Under the pieces are notes generated by a model that was not told the DNA's origin, searched no databases, and saw only the letters and a program-made list of their open reading frames with translations. The position numbers and the translations under genes were made by a program. A stretch of 63,155 nt of DNA, filler included, from Octopus bimaculoides (lineage: Eukaryota), in the NCBI RefSeq assembly GCF_001194135.2. It is 7 parts of 6 records of this genome, joined end to end, with 100 filler letters (N's around TTAATTAATTAA, not from the genome) between each part and the next. Parts side by side here need not be neighbours in the genome. Positions count along the whole stretch, not along the records: positions 8,351 to 32,771 come from NC_068982.1; positions 32,872 to 36,823 come from NC_068998.1; positions 36,924 to 51,194 come from NC_068984.1; 4 more parts are not named here. One strand, written 5' to 3'. Positions 24,620 through 37,245 of the stretch are shown in pieces (positions within the stretch are counted from its first letter, which is position 1; every line of letters starts with the position of its first letter).

Positions 24620-25258
24620 TGTGACGTACCAGTTAAGAAAATCTTCTGCACTTCCTGCACGGATGGTAAGTCAGGGATCATTCTTAAATAATTTTCAGTT
24701 CCTGTTTTCACCCATTCCAAGTGCTCCTACAATCACTTGTATTGTAACCGTCTTGAGATACTACATCTTTTCGATTTCGATGAGCAAATCTTTATATTTC
24801 CAGAGCAAATCAAATTGTTTTGCCGAGATATTATGGTCATGTCAATCAATAAACATACTTTATTGTTTTGGTCTTTCACTACAATATCTGGTTTGTTTGC
24901 TGGGATGGTCCGTTCTGTACAAACTGGGAAGTCCCAAGCAATAGTTATATTTTCTCCATCAATTACAGCCACAGGGTGGTGCTTGTACCATTTGTAAGCA
25001 TGTTTGATTTTGTAATGCCGACACATTATCCAGTGTAGATATTGGCCAACTCTGTCATGTCTTGATTCGTACTCTACAGGTGCTTAAACCTTACATCCAA
25101 AGATTAGGTGGTCCACTTTTTCTGTCCCATCGTTGCAGTATCGGCACTTTGGGTCTATACCATTTTGCATCACACAGGCTTGGTAGTTCCGGGTCAGTAC
25201 GCTCTGATCTTGGGCAGTCAAGATAAAGCCTTCACTCTCTACCTTTAGCCCTGAGCTC

Positions 25259-25260
<2 letters not shown>
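24620..25260 (-). mobile_element. Dong/R4-clade LINE fragment, CCHC plus restriction-like endonuclease region
   Basis: RHDRVGQYLHWIMCRHYKIKHAYKWYKHHPVAVIDGENITIAWDFPVCTERTIPANKPDIVVKDQNNKVCLLIDM (PD..D motif); CRYCNDG zinc knuckle; 5' end abuts (TAA)n. Confidence 0.9.
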
Positions 25261-25300
<40 letters not shown>

Positions 25301-25302
25301 CC

Positions 25303-25344
<42 letters not shown>

Positions 25345-25356
25345 CCATTATTATTA

Positions 25357-25388
<32 letters not shown>

Positions 25389-25418
25389 NNNNNNNNNNTA
25401 TTATTATTATTATTATCC

Positions 25419-25451
<33 letters not shown>

Positions 25452-25555
25452 CCATTATTATTATTGTTATTATTATTATTATTATAATTATTTACTCTTA
25501 ATCTGCATGTTTATTACAATCAATCGCCGAGACACAGCCTTATTATTATTAATAT

Positions 25556-26040
25556 TGAGTGAGAGAGTAGCGCATGCCATTAAAGTGACACTGGGGTACA
25601 GGTATACGAAGCCCAATAGTCTTATCATGACTACCCCTCTGATAAGGGTACACCAGGCACATGCATCACAACCTTATGTGCGTGACATGGTGATCTCATA
25701 TCAAGATAAACAGCGCATGACTTTGCAGGTGGAGCCCAGTTAAAATTTTCTTCAGATCGAGTAGCCCATCCCGCTCAAAAAGTCCATGAATAAGGGTTGT
25801 TTAAGGATGTTGAACAAAACACCCATGTTTCCGCGGGTGAATTATTGAACCCACAAAGAATTCCTCGCAACGCATGGCTACGATGCTCCCCCACTACTTC
25901 AGCTCGTGATCACAGATGCACATATCGTCAGCCACTAAGGGATATGCTCAACTGGTTATGGTCAAACAACTGATAAGCAAATCTGTGATATTGAGCACAA
26001 TATTTGCTGTAGCCCATCTTTTATGCCAAGACAAAATTTA
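25556..26040 (-). mobile_element. Family D element (longer copy)
   Basis: Homologous to 5525-5703; terminus at 25556 next to TTA repeats. Strand assigned on the assumption that the microsatellite is the 3' tail. Confidence 0.65.
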
Positions 26041-28440
26041 GATGATATCACTTTCCAATCAGTTAAGATCAAAAGGCATGAGACCATCAGCGCATTTTAT
26101 TATTATTATGTTTTTTTTTCTTAATTTTGTTAGTCTCACAATAACAACAACACACACACACAAACATATTCTTTCTTTTGTTCTATGGTGTCCATAATGT
26201 TTGTATTAATGTAACCTCGTGGTTACTAAAGAAATCATTATCATTATTGTTAATATAAAGGCAGCGAGCTGGCAGAATCGTTAGCACGCCGGGAAAGTAT
26301 TTCGTCCGTCTTCACATTCTGAGTTCAAATTCCGCCGAGTTCGAACTTGCTTTTAATCCTTTCGGAGTCGAAGAAGTACCAGTTTCGCAATGGGGGTCGA
26401 TGTAATCGAGTTGATTCCCTCCACCAAGTTGCCCTTGTGACAAAAATCTGAAATTATTATTATTTTTAGTAGTAGTAGTGTCATGTTCATACTGCTACTG
26501 GTACTATTTTTATGAGATAATTCTACTTTCAGCTCGTTTCGCACAGATAACCAACACTCCTAGAAGCAAAAACTATGAACGGGAAGCAACAGTGACAATT
26601 TAGTTAGTGACGCAAGAGGAAACAAACTAAGGATGTATACAGGTAGATAAGGCGAATGTTCGTGCATGTGTATCAGTGCGTGGCCATAATTCCTTTCGTC
26701 CAAAATATCTTTCATGTTGTGTACCTATTTACCGACTGTTTTCATTGAAGTTTACCGCATCACACTATTACATATGTGTGTGCGTGTGTGTGTATATATT
26801 ACACATACTCAAAAGATGAAGATAAATAGAGAGAGCGGGAAGAGAGACGCACCTTTCTAGTTGAGGATAGGTGCTCTACAGAATATGCGACCTTACTGTA
26901 ATCTAACATTCGACGCTGATCAGGCATAGCGACCATTAATATCTTAATAACTACTGATGCGGTAAAGGTTGGGTAACCGTTACAGCTTAACTACATCGAC
27001 ACCATAAGAGGCTTTGACGTTATGGCTCACTAAGAAAACACAACACCTGATAGATCTCTCTCCTCTCTTCACTTAAAACGCACTCCTTCTCTCAAACATT
27101 CGCTATCTCTTGCTCTCTCCCCACCCCTCTTTCTAAACGTAATTAAAGAAGCAGCAATACGTGTGCATGTAGTGAGTGTGTGTAACAAATAAAGGGTGTC
27201 TATTTATTTTCTAGATGTGTATATATATAGATATAGAGGCGTAGGAGCGGCTGTGTGGTAAGTAGCTTGCTTACGAACGACATGGTTCCGGNNNNNNNNN
27301 NNNNNNNNNNNNNNNNNNNNNNNNNNNNNNNNNNNNNNNNNNNNNNNNNNNNNNNNNNNNNNNNNNNNNNNNNNNNNNNNNNNNNNNNNNNNNNNNNNNN
27401 NNNNNNNNNNNNNNNNNNNNNNNNNNNNNNNNNNNNNNNNNNNNNNNNNNNNNNNNNNNNNNNNNNNNNNNNNNNNNNNNNNNNNNNNNNNNNNNNNNNN
27501 NNNNNNNNNNNNNNNNNNNNNNNNNNNNNNNNNNNNNNNNNNNNNNNNNNNNNNNNNNNNNNNNNNNNNNNNNNNNNNNNNNNNNNNNNNNNNNNNNNNN
27601 NNNNNNNNNNNNNNNNNNNNNNNNNNNNNNNNNNNNNNNNNNNNNNNNNNNNNNNNNNNNNNNNNNNNNNNNNNNNNNNNNNNNNNNNNNNNNNNNNNNN
27701 NNNNNNNNNNNNNNNNNNNNNNNNNNNNNNNNNNNNNNNNNNNNNNNNNNNNNNNNNNNNNNNNNNNNNNNNNNNNNNNNNNNNNNNNNNNNNNNNNNNN
27801 NNNNNNNNNNNNNNNNNNNNNNNNNNNNNNNNNNNNNNNNNNNNNNNNNNNNNNNNNNNNNNNNNNNNNNNNNNNNNNNNNNNNNNNNNNNNNNNNNNNN
27901 NNNNNNNNNNNNNNNNNNNNNNNNNNNNNNNNNNNNNNNNNNNNNNNNNNNNNNNNNNNNNNNNNNNNNNNNNNNNNNNNNNNNNNNNNNNNNNNNNNNN
28001 NNNNNNNNNNNNNNNNNNNNNNNNNNNNNNNNNNNNNNNNNNNNNNNNNNNNNNNNNNNNNNNNNNNNNNNNNNNNNNNNNNNNNNNNNNNNNNNNNNNN
28101 NNNNNNNNNNNNNNNNNNNNNNNNNNNNNNNNNNNNNNNNNNNNNNNNNNNNNNNNNNNNNNNNNNNNNNNNNNNNNNNNNTATATATATTTTTCTATTT
28201 ATTTGAAGAAATATAGTGATATCAGCTAATATTTTTTTTTCAGTCTATCTTTTTTCCCCGTATTGTATTAGAACGAGTGTCTGACCAGCCGATGAGAAAG
28301 TCTCATAACTGTATGCCCAATGCAACAGCTTGTATCCTGGAGTCCACAACTTCCACAGAAATTGCGTACATTGAAAGAATAGTGTTGTAGTTTCCTTGAA
28401 GCATTATTATACAGATTTTAGATAACAAATACTGAAAAGG

Positions 28441-28633
28441 GAGAGCTTCTAACAACACGAAAAGGGAAAGTCACGTAACCTTCATATATTTCAGGTACAA
28501 AGGCCCATCACCAAAGGTGAACGGCACAGAAGTGTAAGTTTACTGGCCGTTCCCTTTCAATGTGCTTTCGTACCTGAAATATATAAAGGTTACTTCACCT
28601 TCCCTTTTCGCATTGTTAGAAGTTCGCTGTGTT
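28441..28633. mobile_element. ~190-bp fold-back/MITE element with ~60-bp arms
   Basis: ttctaacaacacgaaaagggaaagtcacgtaaccttcatatatttcaggtac versus gtacctgaaatatataaaggttacttcaccttcccttttcgcattgttagaa (reverse complement, clearly homologous). Confidence 0.8.
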
Positions 28634-29645
28634 GTTTTCTATATTGAAATTTTAAAAATTATATTGATAGTCTGAATTACTTTTTAAGTTATACGAGTTT
28701 GCGAAGAAACGTGTTCATTCGATGTTCTATACTACATATATAATATAATACAAAAATTTTGTAATACGTTGTACGAAAAAGATGTCAGCTTATAAAGACT
28801 AGTTGTTACACAACATTTTAGTAATTACATTCGAAGCACTCAAAAGAATAATTCTCCTGTACTTGACGAAATGCTTAGTTATTGTCTATTACTTTTTGAT
28901 TTGCTTAGTATTTCACACAGATATAATTTTCTTTGATATATAAGATGATACAGCTGTGACTAGGGAGAGAAAAGGAAGAGATAATCTACATACCGGAGTC
29001 ATGATCCAAACGCTTTCAGCTGAGTGATTTGCTCCGAAAGCATCTAAACCCCAGCCGGTTGTGTGAAACTGGGAGTTCAATTGGGTCTGCCACTCAATAA
29101 CAGAAACCTGTGTTCTAAGGAGCTCCCACAGAGCCTCTGCCCCAAAAATTTCACATAAAAGGCTATGATCAGTCTGCTGCCATAATACAAAATACTTACA
29201 CAAGGTTCCATAGGGTGGGATCGAACCTAAAAGCAATTAGTTGCTAAGCCATCTTTTTCATCACACAATCGAGCTGTGTTCATGTTTCTAATGAACCACG
29301 TAGTACTCATTACATCAGATAAATTAATATTGTACTCTTAGAATAGCAAAAGTTATATGCCGGTATTTATATCAACTAAAATCGTATACTTTCATGACTA
29401 AGATATGGTTCGTGGTGACATTTTTATAGAGATACAGTAAAGTACATGCACTGTTAAAGGATTTATACAAATATGTGTTACTAGATTTATTACCATCAAC
29501 CCAATAACATACACTATATGTACGTGTATGAGTACGTGTGAATGTATAGCTATGTGTGTAGATACACACACACACACACACACACACATATATGTATGTA
29601 TACATGTATGTATGTATGTATGTATGTATGTATATTTATAAATAC

Positions 29646-29683
<38 letters not shown>

Positions 29684-30587
29684 ATGTATATATGTATGCG
29701 TCTGTATAGATCCATATGCGTACGTATTTATATATGTGTTTGTGTGCGTTTGTGTTTGTGTATGTGTGCGTTTGTGTTTGTGTATGTGTGCCGGTGTGTT
29801 TATGTTTGTGTATATGTATAGTCAGTGTGTGTGTGTTTGTGTGTGGGTGTTTCCGTTCGTCTCTATATTTGTGTGCGTATGTGTATTATTAGACGTGATT
29901 CTGCAAAGTCTATACATAGATATGTATGTATGTATGCACACATTGAACGAACTTATATACATACATACATACATACATACATATGTATAGATATGTCTTC
30001 TTTAACGTACAAATAGCAAATATATTATGGAAAGCGCAACTACATATTTACATGCCTACACCAGTTCTAGATAAAGTTCCTCAAACACACACATACGTTC
30101 ATATTAAAAATGCACGCATGTATCCATCTACACAACTCTATATACACTTATACATAAATCTACACATATACTCATATATGTATGCATTTGTACAGATACA
30201 TACTCTATCAGAAAACGTAAAATAAAGCTGAAGGGCTCGGAATGTCTTAGACAATTTCTTAACAAAAGCTGTACAGTCAGTTATAGTTGCCTGTACCGTC
30301 ACCCACCCACAGAACTAGCAGATTTTCCCACCTAACCCACGGTCAGTAATTATATCTCCTGGATTAGATTCTTCAAGTAATTTCTTCTATTCCGTCTATG
30401 TGAGTTTGTTCTGTGATTAAAATCCATGATTACAGAAGGGCATTAATTATAGCTGTGCGTAACGTTGGAATGGGAAGGTGGGGGAAGTTTAACGAAAAGA
30501 TTTCACACATACACACACGGACGCACATACGCACGCGCACATACACTCACATAGTCACACATTCATATATACATACACACAATTGCA

Positions 30588-30634
<47 letters not shown>

Positions 30635-30948
30635 TCATAACTCTCACTCTCTTTCGCTCATAAGAACACACTTTAACTTAAAGGACAACCCACTCACACA
30701 TCCGCGCCCACACCACACACACCCAAACGCACACTCACAGACACATGTATATACGTATGGATGTACACACACTCTCTGCGTTTCCTTATCTCTCTCTTTC
30801 TATTTCTGCCCCCTCTCTCTTTCACACACTTTTATTCTACCGCGCGCATTAGCGCACAAGCTCATACGTATATACATAGTACGCACAAACATCTGCATAT
30901 ACGTCATCATATATAGACCACAATGCATATTCAGAAAAACCATGGGCG

Positions 30949-30999
<51 letters not shown>

Positions 31000-31019
<20 letters not shown>

Positions 31020-31113
31020 ATACATACATGCATACATGCACACATATAATGCACACTCCTATACATACATTCATACATACATATATATAAACGTATGCAC
31101 ACACATATGTGTG

Positions 31114-31163
<50 letters not shown>

Positions 31164-31614
31164 TGCATATATACACATATTTGTGTGTGCGCGCGAATTT
31201 AATTTTTATATATGTATCATTTGTATTATATATATATATATATACACTCACATTTATACAAAATATATGCACACATATATGTGTATGTGTACATATATAT
31301 GTATATATGTGAGTGCGTGTACGTATATATGTATATATGTGTGTGTATGCATATATATGTATGTGGACATATGTATACATATATATGTGTGTGTGTGTGT
31401 GTGTGTATGTATGTTATATGTGTGTGTACGTATATATGTGTGTGTTTGCGTGTAAGTGTATCTATATATCTGTATGTGTGTGTACGTATGTCTATATATA
31501 TATGTGTGTGTGTATGCATGTGTGTGCCTGTGTATGTGTATCTGTGTGTGTACCTGTGTGCCTGTGTATGTGTGTGTGCCTGTGTATGTGTGTGTATGCC
31601 TCTGTGTGTGTGTG

Positions 31615-31645
<31 letters not shown>

Positions 31646-31650
31646 ATTTT
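31000..31650. repeat. Compound (TA)/(TG)/(TATG) low-complexity tract
   Basis: Direct reading. Confidence 0.9.
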
Positions 31651-31994
31651 GCTGGTTTCATTTCGCGTATTTTCCAATCTTTCTTTCATTTCTCTACTTT
31701 CACTTTCTCACTCTATTACAATATGGCTCCGCTGCCATACTTGACAGCCTCCTATTATTATTTTCACGCCTCTCCTCCTCTCCCACCCACATATCTTACA
31801 AATCTTATAGCATTTCATTGCAGCTTTTCTTGGTGTTCCTATGCAGTTTGTTGTTGTTATTGATGCTGTTGGTGTTGTTATTGATGTTGTTGTTTTTATT
31901 GTTGCTGTTGGTGTTGTTGTTGTTGTTGTTGTTGCTACTGCTGCCGCCGCATTTTTCCGTTAATTTCTTCGCTTAATATCTCTTTCATTTCGCT

Positions 31995-32018
31995 TTCTTG
32001 TACTGACCTTTTAATCAC

Positions 32019-32058
<40 letters not shown>

Positions 32059-32063
32059 GTCGC

Positions 32064-32100
<37 letters not shown>

Positions 32101-32345
32101 GTCATCATCGTCATCATCATCATCATCGTCATCATCATCATCATCATCGTCATCATCATCGTCATTCTCATCATCATCATCATCATCAAGGTCATCATCA
32201 CCATTGTCTTCATCACCATCCTTGTCGTCGTCGTCGTCATCATCATCATGGTCATCATCGTCATCACTGTCATTGTCATGGTCATCGTCACTTTCAATCA
32301 TCATTTTTCACATCGCTGTCGTCGTCATCATCATCATCATCGTCC
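31995..32345. repeat. (CAT/CGT)n compound microsatellite
   Basis: Direct reading; gives poly-D/M false ORFs. Confidence 0.95.
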
Positions 32346-32380
32346 CCTTCAAACTGCGTAGGTTGGTGCTATTTCAGAGA

Positions 32381-32415
<35 letters not shown>

Positions 32416-33779
32416 CACTACCATTACTGTTGCTACTTCTAATTATACTGCGACTATTACTAACACTATTGCTGTTGCTACTAATATCATCATCATCATC
32501 ATCATCATCATTAGCCATCGTCGTTACCCGCTCCTTTCGTCTCTTCGTCCTGCAGCTTCTCCTCCATCTTCCTCAGCATTTCCTCATAATCCATTTGGTC
32601 CATTTTCTCCCCTTCTTCTCATCTTCCTTCTCCTCCCCTTTCCTCCCCTCCCCACCTCTCCCTCCATTTCACCCCTCATCCTCCTCCGCCGCCGCCTCCT
32701 CCTCCTCCTTCTTTTACTTCTTCTTTTTCTTCTTCTTCTTTATTTTCTTCTTCTCCTCCCCTCCTCCTCCTNNNNNNNNNNNNNNNNNNNNNNNNNNNNN
32801 NNNNNNNNNNNNNNNTTAATTAATTAANNNNNNNNNNNNNNNNNNNNNNNNNNNNNNNNNNNNNNNNNNNNAATGGAGGGAGAAATCTTTAAACACATTA
32901 GCCAGTCAGTTTAGCTGAATAGGAGCTGAAATGAAATGATTAAAAGTTATAAAACTGCCTTCTGTGCACAAAAATATATAAATAGAAAAGGGGGGGGGGA
33001 AGGGGGCAATATAAGATTGCCCCTATCATTCTGCTGATAAATCTGATGACTGGTACTTCACAAGTATTTGCAAAACATTCCTTTGAATAGACAAGTAGAC
33101 TAAGTGTTGCATATATGTATATAAATAAGGGTGTGCACACACACACACATGCTCATGCACGCAAGTATGCAATATGCATATACATTCATGTACATATGTC
33201 TGTTTATCTCTCTGTCTACCTACCTATCTGTCTGTCTATCTATCTATATCTACATTTGTGTGTGTGTGTTAAGCAGTATTTCGTCTGCCGTTACGTTCCG
33301 AGTTCAAATTCTGCCGAGGTCGACTTTGCCTTTCATCCTTTCGGGGTCGATAAATTAAGTACCAGTTACGCACTGGGGTCGATGTAATCGACTTAACCTG
33401 TTTGTCTGTCCTTGTTTGTCCCCTCTATGTTTAGCCCCTTGTGGGCAATAAAGAAATAATAAACATATCTATGCATACATGCATGCATTTGTCGAGAAAT
33501 ATACTTGGTCAAGTGTTTCCATAGGCATGCATGTACATGCCCACATGCGTATGTGTGTGTCTGTATGTGTGGATGTAGAGCGAGAATCTGACACTTTGAA
33601 AGTAAAAATAAAACTTAGGTTCATTAGTTATCTGAGATTCAAGAATGTAGAAGCAGTTGTAACTTATGAAATTTCAGCTTCAAAATAAAAATATAAACTC
33701 TACTTCTTGGCCTAAGTACTCTTTTTATATAGCCTGTAAAAACTGTGGGTGTGTTTATTTCATATATATATATATATAT

Positions 33780-33957
33780 CATCATCATCATCGTCGTTTA
33801 ACGTCCGCTTTCCATGCTAGCATGGGTTAGATGATGTTGGTATGGGTGCCAGTCGTCGAATTTAACTCGATTTCGATTTCACTTGCCTCAACAGGTTTTC
33901 GCAAGTGGAGTTTAGTGTCCAATTTAACTCGATTTCGATTTCACTTGCCTCAACAGG
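33780..33957 (-). mobile_element. RTE-type 3' UTR/SINE tail fragment with internal 37-bp direct repeat
   Basis: catcgtcgtttaacgtccgctttccatgctagcatggg is the reverse complement of the tail at 44310-44350; aatttaactcgatttcgatttcacttgcctcaacagg occurs at 33859 and 33921. Confidence 0.75.
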
Positions 33958-34520
33958 AAGAATGAAATGTCCAATTATGGACTGAAAGTTTATTTTACTT
34001 TATCTCAACAAAAAGCAATGCAGTTAATCAAAGTATGTACCTAAATTATCAACACAATTTTGCCATTTTATTGTTATCTTATTTATGCCGGCAACAAAGA
34101 ATTCTGGAGAGCAAAAAGTGATGAAATCACAAAAGGCTGTTTTTGCATCTTCTTCAGATTTGAAGTTTTTTCCTTGCAAAAAGTTGTCTAATGCCTGGAA
34201 AATGTGATAGTCAGTTGATGCGAGGTAAGGTGAGTATGGCGGATGACAGAGTGCTTCCAAGTTCAGTTCCTGTAACTTGAGTACCATTCTTTGTGCAACA
34301 TGTGATGGAGCATTGTCTTACAAAAGAATTGGCCTGTCTCTATTGACCAATCTCGGTTCTTTAATTGCAAGTTCACTCATTTCATTCAATTGGTTGGTGT
34401 ATACATCTGCCGTAATTGACTTACCAGGTCTCCTGAAGTTGTAGTAGATGACACCAGCACTGGACCACCAAACAGATACCATTAGCTTTTTTTTTTGGTG
34501 AATGTTCTATTTTGGATTCT
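33958..34520 (-). mobile_element. mariner 3' fragment (catalytic C-terminus)
   Basis: LQELNLEALCHPPYSPYLASTDYHIFQALDNFLQGKNFKSEEDAK...KWQNCVDNLGTYFD* (HPPYSPDLAP.DY motif). Confidence 0.9.
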
Positions 34521-35128
34521 GTTTTGGCACTTTGTCTCTATCCAACCATGTGCCAATCCCTTTACAGGGTGTAGTGGTACCAGGACAAGAGAAGTTGTCA
34601 TATCCCTAATGAGACCAAAATGGTCCTCCCAATGTTGTTTTTATTTGTTTGCCAATCACTGTACAGAGTGTACTGGGTACATTTTACCATGGCACCAGCA
34701 CTAGTGAGGTTGCTCCATACCCTGTAGGACTAAAGAATCCAAGACAGTCATGTGTTCATCTGTTGGAGTGACAAGAACCATCTAATCATCCTTAAGGATG
34801 ACCGATCACTTGTGAAGAAGAGCTGCACACTACCAACCTTACACTATTGTCCTTGACCAGTGGCAAGATCAGGTCAAGACGACCGAGGACAGAGATGGAC
34901 GCAATGGATGACCAACATGTCTTACTTGTCTCACTTTGCTCTCTGCACTCCACAATGCGTTGCTGCAGCTGCCTTCCCCTCTGTTGAACCATTAAGGCTC
35001 CTTCCGCAGTGTGCTGGATGCAGTCTTCACGTGCTAATATGTTAATTAATCCACTGCCGGGACCTTGAAAGGTACCACTCTTCTGGAACTCCTGAAGCAG
35101 AGTCCTATAAATGGATGCAAGTAAAAGG

Positions 35129-35165
<37 letters not shown>

Positions 35166-35216
35166 AGAGAGAGAGTGAAAGAGAGAGACAGAGAGAGAGA
35201 GAGAGACAAAGAGAGA

Positions 35217-35259
<43 letters not shown>

Positions 35260-35270
35260 GAGAGAGAAAG

Positions 35271-35330
<60 letters not shown>

Positions 35331-36785
35331 TGCGTGTGTGTGTGAGTAACAGATGTAGACAATGGTAAGGTTTTGTGACAAAAGAAAGTGTTGAGTACAA
35401 AAAAAAAAAGGATCTGATGCAATTCTTTATACATAGCAAATATACANNNNNNNNNNNNNNNNNNNNNNNNNNNNNNNNNNNNNNNNNNNNNNNNNNNNNN
35501 NNNNNNNNNNNNNNNNNNNNNNNNNNNNNNNNNNNNNNNNNNNNNNNNNNNNNNNNNNNNNNNNNNNNNNNNNNNNNNNNNNNNNNNNNNNNNNNNNNNN
35601 NNNNNNNNNNNNNNNNNNNNNNNNNNNNNNNNNNNNNNNNNNNNNNNNNNNNNNNNNNNNNNNNNNNNNNNNNNNNNNNNNNNNNNNNNNNNNNNNNNNN
35701 NNNNNNNNNNNNNNNNNNNNNNNNNNNNNNNNNNNNNNNNNNNNNNNNNNNNNNNNNNNNNNNNNNNNNNNNNNNNNNNNNNNNNNNNNNNNNNNNNNNN
35801 NNNNNNNNNNNNNNNNNNNNNNNNNNNNNNNNNNNNNNNNNNNNNNNNNNNNNNNNNNNNNNNNNNNNNNNNNNNNNNNNNNNNNNNNNNNNNNNNNNNN
35901 NNNNNNNNNNNNNNNNCCCACCTACAATGTCGTTTTCAAAATAAACAATCACGTCACCGAAACCTCGAAGCTATGAGATTATGCAGGATTAATTGAAAGC
36001 AACGTGAATAGATAAGCGTTATGTTTGATGGGGCAGTCTGAATGCTAAACGAGTTAAAGGAGTGGGGCGGGGGGCTTCTACAATCGCAGCAATAATATAA
36101 GGGGTATGTAAAAAAACTACTACTACTACAACATGATAATGCAGAAGAAGCAGGATGCTTGCTACTTGTGGACTCATGCTTAGAGGTGAGGGGTCACCGT
36201 TATGATAATGCTTCAGGGTTCATTACTAGCATGACAATGCAATATTAATTAATTAATTAGCAAGGTGAGCAGTAACTCCTCACGAGGTGATGTTGTAAGG
36301 GCTTATGCAAGTGTAGATGCCATTGCTACTGAGGTAGTATGGAAGATGATGGAGACGCGATATGAATATGTACAACTATTGTATAAAATAAATAAATTTG
36401 ATGTTGCACCGAGTGCACGGATATTGCATGTAAATATTGCATATGATTTGGAGGCTGCACACACGTATTGTACTGCAGGTATTGCACAAACAGCATACAA
36501 GAGATGTTGAAGATGATGCACATAACTGACTATTACAGATGGTGCACACGAGTGAATGTTGCAGACGATGCACAGAGGTAAATACTGCTTACAGTGCATG
36601 TGATGCACATATGTAAATATTACAGAATGAAGAGGGTGTATTTGTGAAAATAGTACACACACTGCAGTTTGTGAAATATTGGATTCACTGAAGATGCACT
36701 GCAGTTATACAGCATTAGTAACTACTGCACAGAAGACAGTTTTAAGTTGCAGAGCCTGAACTGAAAAGAGGCTAGTACTTGAAGC

Positions 36786-36823
<38 letters not shown>

Positions 36824-37096
36824 NNNNNNNNNNNNNNNNNNNNNNNNNNNNNNNNNNNNNNNNNNNNTTAATTAATTAANNNNNNNNNNNNNNNNNNNNN
36901 NNNNNNNNNNNNNNNNNNNNNNNTTTGCTAATCACTACATTATATATGTTTAAACTAACATAAATCATGTAAATATTGTTCAAGCCATAGTTGACTTATC
37001 TTCACCTATATTTATCTGTGTTTTGGTTCTCCAGACAAACATAAAAAGTTTTCATTCCACCAATTACACTTCTCTCCTTTTCATTTCCATTGGCAG

Positions 37097-37245
37097 GTAC
37101 AATCAAACGTTCCATTCACTAGTGGAAATCCGTTCGTGTCAGTGAGTAGCGCCCAAGTGGCCATGTACAACCTTCACGTCCGGCCAACCATGGGAGGTAC
37201 TTTTGAAGGAATCATCAACTTCGTTGTCAAGAAGAGAGTGAAAAC
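37097..37245 (+). CDS. CFAP47: CFAP47-like exon (phase 0 to 2)
   Basis: Polypyrimidine tract and tggcag| acceptor; VQSNVPFTSGNPFVSVSSAQVAMYNLHVRPTMGGTFEGIINFVVKKRVK; donor ac|gttcgt gives the correct phase with the next exon; resembles recalled human CFAP47 V.ADLPIVWGNP...HVRPWKRG..KG.I.F. Confidence 0.75.

Noticed and set aside
25261-25495. Apparent tandem duplication of a compound ATT/CAT tract
   Set aside because: Mirrors across a 10-N gap; most likely overlapping contig ends.
30320-30398. Possible + exon IFPPNPRSVIISPGLDSSSNFFYSVY ending at gtgagt
   Set aside because: No polypyrimidine tract and no resemblance to CFAP47 or another recognisable protein.
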